The notes beneath the pieces were generated by a model, which saw only the letters and a program-made list of their open reading frames with translations, had not been told where the DNA came from and ran no database searches. DNA of 52,103 nucleotides, the filler included, from Bipalium vagum (taxonomy: Eukaryota): the NCBI GenBank assembly GCA_037834085.1. It is 2 parts of 2 records of this genome, joined end to end, with 100 filler letters (N's around TTAATTAATTAA, not from the genome) between each part and the next. Parts side by side here need not be neighbours in the genome. Positions count along the whole stretch, not along the records: positions 23,588 to 52,103 come from JBBMKC010049309.1; 1 more part is not named here. One strand, given 5' to 3'. Shown here piece after piece: positions 50,951-52,103 of the stretch (positions are counted from its first letter, which is position 1; the number at the start of each line of letters is the position of its first letter). The position numbers and the translations under genes were made by a program.

Positions 50951-52103
50951 ATGCATATTCATACTCTTATCCTTCAACTCTTATCACCATATCGACCATT
51001 CACAGGAAAACCCTTCATTATTACATCTGATGAATATTCAAAAGTCTAAGTAAAATGCTAGTTCAAACATTTAAATATATCAAATCAATTTATCAACAAA
51101 TATAAAATCAGATCACCAAAAGTACCAGTAAGATGTCTCTTTAATTGAAAAAGAAACTATCGTCCTTCAACCATAATAAATTTTCCAAACGTAAATTAGA
51201 AAAGATAAATAATTATAATAAAATAAGTGTTAAATAAGGAAAAATAAATACATCTTACCTGATAAAATACAAAGAAAGTCAGCAACTATTTTGAAATAAC
51301 TACAACATTATTTATTATAACAAAGATATTTATTATTTACAAATTTAATTGCAATGTATATATTGTTTATTTCAATTCAATTATTTATATTTAATTTTTA
51401 TTTTTGAATTAAAATTTATTTCAAATAAAATTTTTTAAATTAATAAACTAATTAGGACTTTACTAAAAATTTTTCTGGTAAAGTAATACTTGTACATGAT
51501 TTAAGTGTTTCAATATAATTTATGTTTATAAATCTAAATGTTATAAAATCTAAAGATATTACTCAGTCAACCCAACTCGTTAAGTAAACAAAATGATTAG
51601 ATTTGAATTTAAAGCATTAGGAATTTGGTTTTGTAAAAGAAAATAGTTTAACAATTTTTGGAGACTCAAGCTCAGATGGTTCAAAAAATTAAAAATTATC
51701 ACAAAATACCTAACTATATATGGTCTTCAATCTTTTCTGATATTTCTCAAGTATATTTTATAAGGTGAAAAATATTATTTTATCTTGTTCGATTTTATTG
51801 TGTAAAAATTAAAATCCGAGAATTATTCGTTTTGTCTGTAAAATTATATAAAATTAAATATGAAATTGAAAAATGAAGACCTTCATAAATTAATAAATAA
51901 TATTAAAATAAAATTAAAAAGTTTATTTGTAGTTGATTATAAAAACATGTATGAAAAAATAGTATTTACAGTTTGTTGGTATTCCTTTTAGAAATATTCA
52001 ATATATTGGGTTGTGGAATAAGTTCCGCATTATTTTTATTAAAAATAAAACTCAAAGTTCTAACATCAAAATATTTATTTTAATCACAGAAATAATGACC
52101 ATT

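Noticed and set aside
1-52103. tRNA, rRNA, CRISPR arrays or prokaryotic operons
   Set aside because: None recognised by eye, and the window has spliceosomal gene structure. A tRNAscan/Rfam run would be needed to exclude small RNAs.

Overview
Very AT-rich eukaryotic (animal) genomic DNA with many 39-52 nt GT-AG introns. The style resembles a planarian/flatworm, but that is inference only. I reconstructed three complete spliced genes by hand: MED7 (-, 2 exons, about 306 aa); a head-to-head RA-FHA-DIL-PDZ Radil/Rasip1-like Rap effector (+, 10 coding exons, about 1144 aa); and a Sec1/Munc18 gene (unc-18/Rop/STXBP1-type; -, 11 exons, about 592 aa). Two diverged, decayed Polinton/Maverick-type protein-primed DNA polymerase B relics in opposite orientation bracket the MED7-Radil pair. 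One relic carries a nested 502-bp pogo-like element whose removal restores the reading frame. A 100-bp N44-TTAATTAATTAA-N44 spacer at 23488-23587 looks artificial, so adjacency across it is not guaranteed. The last ~20 kb shows no recognisable host gene and is a transposon graveyard (mariner, Tigger/pogo, a MITE, several TG...CA LTR-like blocks, one unusually hairpin-rich). I found no convincing wholly new system. The best leads are the paired Polinton-like relics, the structured LTR-like block, and a G-quadruplex/antisense-exon candidate in a Radil intron.
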